Source: Holophagaceae bacterium
GTDB taxonomy: Bacteria; Acidobacteriota; Holophagae; Holophagales; Holophagaceae
Length of the DNA: 64,000 nucleotides
Assembly (NCBI GenBank): GCA_035687325.1
Contig: DASRXV010000081.1
Span: 14,546 to 78,545 of the forward strand
Direction of reading: 5' to 3'
The first letter of the stretch is position 1. Every line of letters starts with the position of its first letter. The notes below the pieces were generated by a model. The model worked only from the letters and a program-made list of their open reading frames with translations. It searched no databases and was not told the DNA's origin. Of this stretch, positions 62,915-64,000 are shown piece after piece. Both the position numbers and the translations under genes were made by a program.

Positions 62915-63949
62915 TCAGCCTTCCGCCAGGCCGCGATTCATGCGCTTCACGAGGCCGGGGCCCTCGAAGATGAGGGCGCTGTAGATCTGCGCCAGGGCCG
63001 CGCCGCTTTCCAGGCTCTCCCTGGCTTGAGCCGCGGAGCCGATGCCGCCGCAGGCGATCCAGGGCAGGCGTCCTGCGAGGCGTCCATGGACGCGCCGCTG
63101 CACGGCCAGGGCCTTGTCCCGCATGGGCGCGCCGCTGAGGCCGCCCGCGCCCACGGCCTCCACGCGCCCGCGCATGGAGCCCGGCACGATGCCGCGGTCG
63201 ATTGTGGTGTTGGTGGCGATGAGGCCATTGAAACCGGAGGCCACCACCGTCTCGATGAGCGCGTCGAGATCCTCCACGGCGAGATCCGGCGCGAGCTTGA
63301 GCAGGAGCGCCTGGCGCTCCAGGCCCATCTCCTTGCGCAGGGCGAGAAGGCCGTCCAGCAGGGGCTTCAGTTTCTCCGGCGCCTGCAGGTCGCGCAGCCC
63401 TGGCGTGTTGGGGCTGCTGATGTTCACCACCGTGTAATCCACGCGGGGCGCGATGAGCTTGTAAGCGGCCGCGTAGTCATCCAGCGCCCGCTCTTCCGGT
63501 GTCTCCTTGTTCTTGCCGAGATTGCCGCCCACGATGAGGCCACCGGGGCGCTGGCCGAGGCGCTTGGCGACCACCTCCGCGCCCTCGCTGTTGAAACCCA
63601 TGCGGTTGAGGATGAGGCCCGCCTCGGGAAACCGGAACAGGCGCGGGCGCGGGTTGCCGGGCTGGGGCCGCGGCGTGACGGTGCCGATCTCCACGAAGCC
63701 GAAGCCGATGGCTTTCCAGAGCGGCAGCAGCTTCGCGCCCTTGTCCAGGCCCGCCGCGAGCCCGATGGGCGAAGGGAAGTCGAGGCTGAAGGCTCGGCGG
63801 CGCAGCGATGGATCAGGCTTCGCCATGAGCGCGCTTTGCAGCGCGAGGAAGCCCGGCACGGCTTGGGCGAAGCTGCCCGCGGCGAAGGCCAGCTCGTGGG
63901 CCTTCTCCGCATCCATGCGGAAGAGCAGAGGGCGGACGAGGCGGTACAT
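62915..63949 (-). CDS. pyrD: dihydroorotate dehydrogenase (quinone), class 2
   Basis: MYRLVRPLLFRMDAEKAH N-terminus, plus GFVEIGTVTP, NISSPNTPGLR, GGI. ATG 63949; the ORF track extends to 63988. Confidence 0.9.
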   Translation of the reverse strand: MYRLVRPLLFRMDAEKAHELAFAAGSFAQAVPGFLALQSALMAKPDPSLRRRAFSLDFPSPIGLAAGLDKGAKLLPLWKAIGFGFVEIGTVTPRPQPGNPRPRLFRFPEAGLILNRMGFNSEGAEVVAKRLGQRPGGLIVGGNLGKNKETPEERALDDYAAAYKLIAPRVDYTVVNISSPNTPGLRDLQAPEKLKPLLDGLLALRKEMGLERQALLLKLAPDLAVEDLDALIETVVASGFNGLIATNTTIDRGIVPGSMRGRVEAVGAGGLSGAPMRDKALAVQRRVHGRLAGRLPWIACGGIGSAAQARESLESGAALAQIYSALIFEGPGLVKRMNRGLAEG

Positions 63950-63953
63950 CCGC

Positions 63954-64000
63954 CTACTGGACGGTGACGGTCGCGATGGCGCGGACACCCTTGGCGTCGG
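63954..64000 (-). CDS. 3' end of an unidentified gene (...DAKGVRAIATVTVQ*)
   Basis: Open frame running in from the window edge to TAG (63956-63954). Too short to identify. Confidence 0.3.
   Translation of the reverse strand, partial: DAKGVRAIATVTVQ

Overview
High-G+C bacterial chromosomal window with about 75 protein-coding genes, densely packed. Many neighbouring genes share overlapping start and stop codons (ATGA, GTGA). I recognised no rRNA, tRNA, CRISPR array, transposase, integrase or phage gene. The phylum cannot be assigned from the sequence alone. A PEGA-domain Hanks kinase, many GGDEF proteins and a possible DUF2378-like protein loosely suggest Acidobacteriota or Myxococcota, but that is a guess.

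Contents in order:
- Adenosine deaminase 3' end, an NrnA-like DHH phosphoesterase, ribA, and an orphan sensor histidine kinase.
- The 5' half of a dcw cell-wall/division cluster: mraZ-rsmH-ftsL-ftsI-murE-murF-mraY-murD. It is interrupted by four non-canonical genes (a DinB-fold protein, a pentapeptide-repeat protein, an antisense Ser/Thr kinase with a PEGA domain, and an antisense stand-alone EAL protein). It stops after murD.
- A LysR-linked operon encoding a long phenylalanine-hydroxylase-like enzyme, an MBL-rhodanese fusion, an MFS transporter and pterin carbinolamine dehydratase.
- Scattered hut genes (hutD-like, hutI, hutU) and nucleotide genes (pyrC, guaB, pyrD), plus rpe.
- Three tandem paralogous membrane GGDEF cyclases behind an amidohydrolase.
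- A methylmalonyl-CoA mutase catalytic subunit.
- A lower-G+C islet carrying a secreted alpha/beta hydrolase.
- A solitary SEDS (FtsW/RodA) gene.
- An HxlR-controlled redox cluster (flavodoxin/WrbA-like, trxA, and four Rossmann-fold oxidoreductases: two SDRs, an NmrA-like protein and an F420-reductase-like protein).
- A thiolase and two tandem TMEM175-type K+ channel genes.

Non-coding signals seen directly:
- Five 10-bp-phased GTGGAT-like MraZ boxes upstream of mraZ.
- Related heptad tandem repeats immediately upstream of ftsI and of the SEDS gene. Each array places stop codons in all three forward frames.
- A 270-bp element bounded by 31-bp inverted repeats.
- A 19-bp direct repeat at the hxlR/flavodoxin divergent promoter.
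- Two convergent-gene hairpin terminators.

The best candidate for an undescribed system is the signalling module embedded in the dcw cluster: DinB, a pentapeptide-repeat protein with an unknown C-terminal domain, the PEGA kinase and the EAL protein. This is an inference from gene context only.
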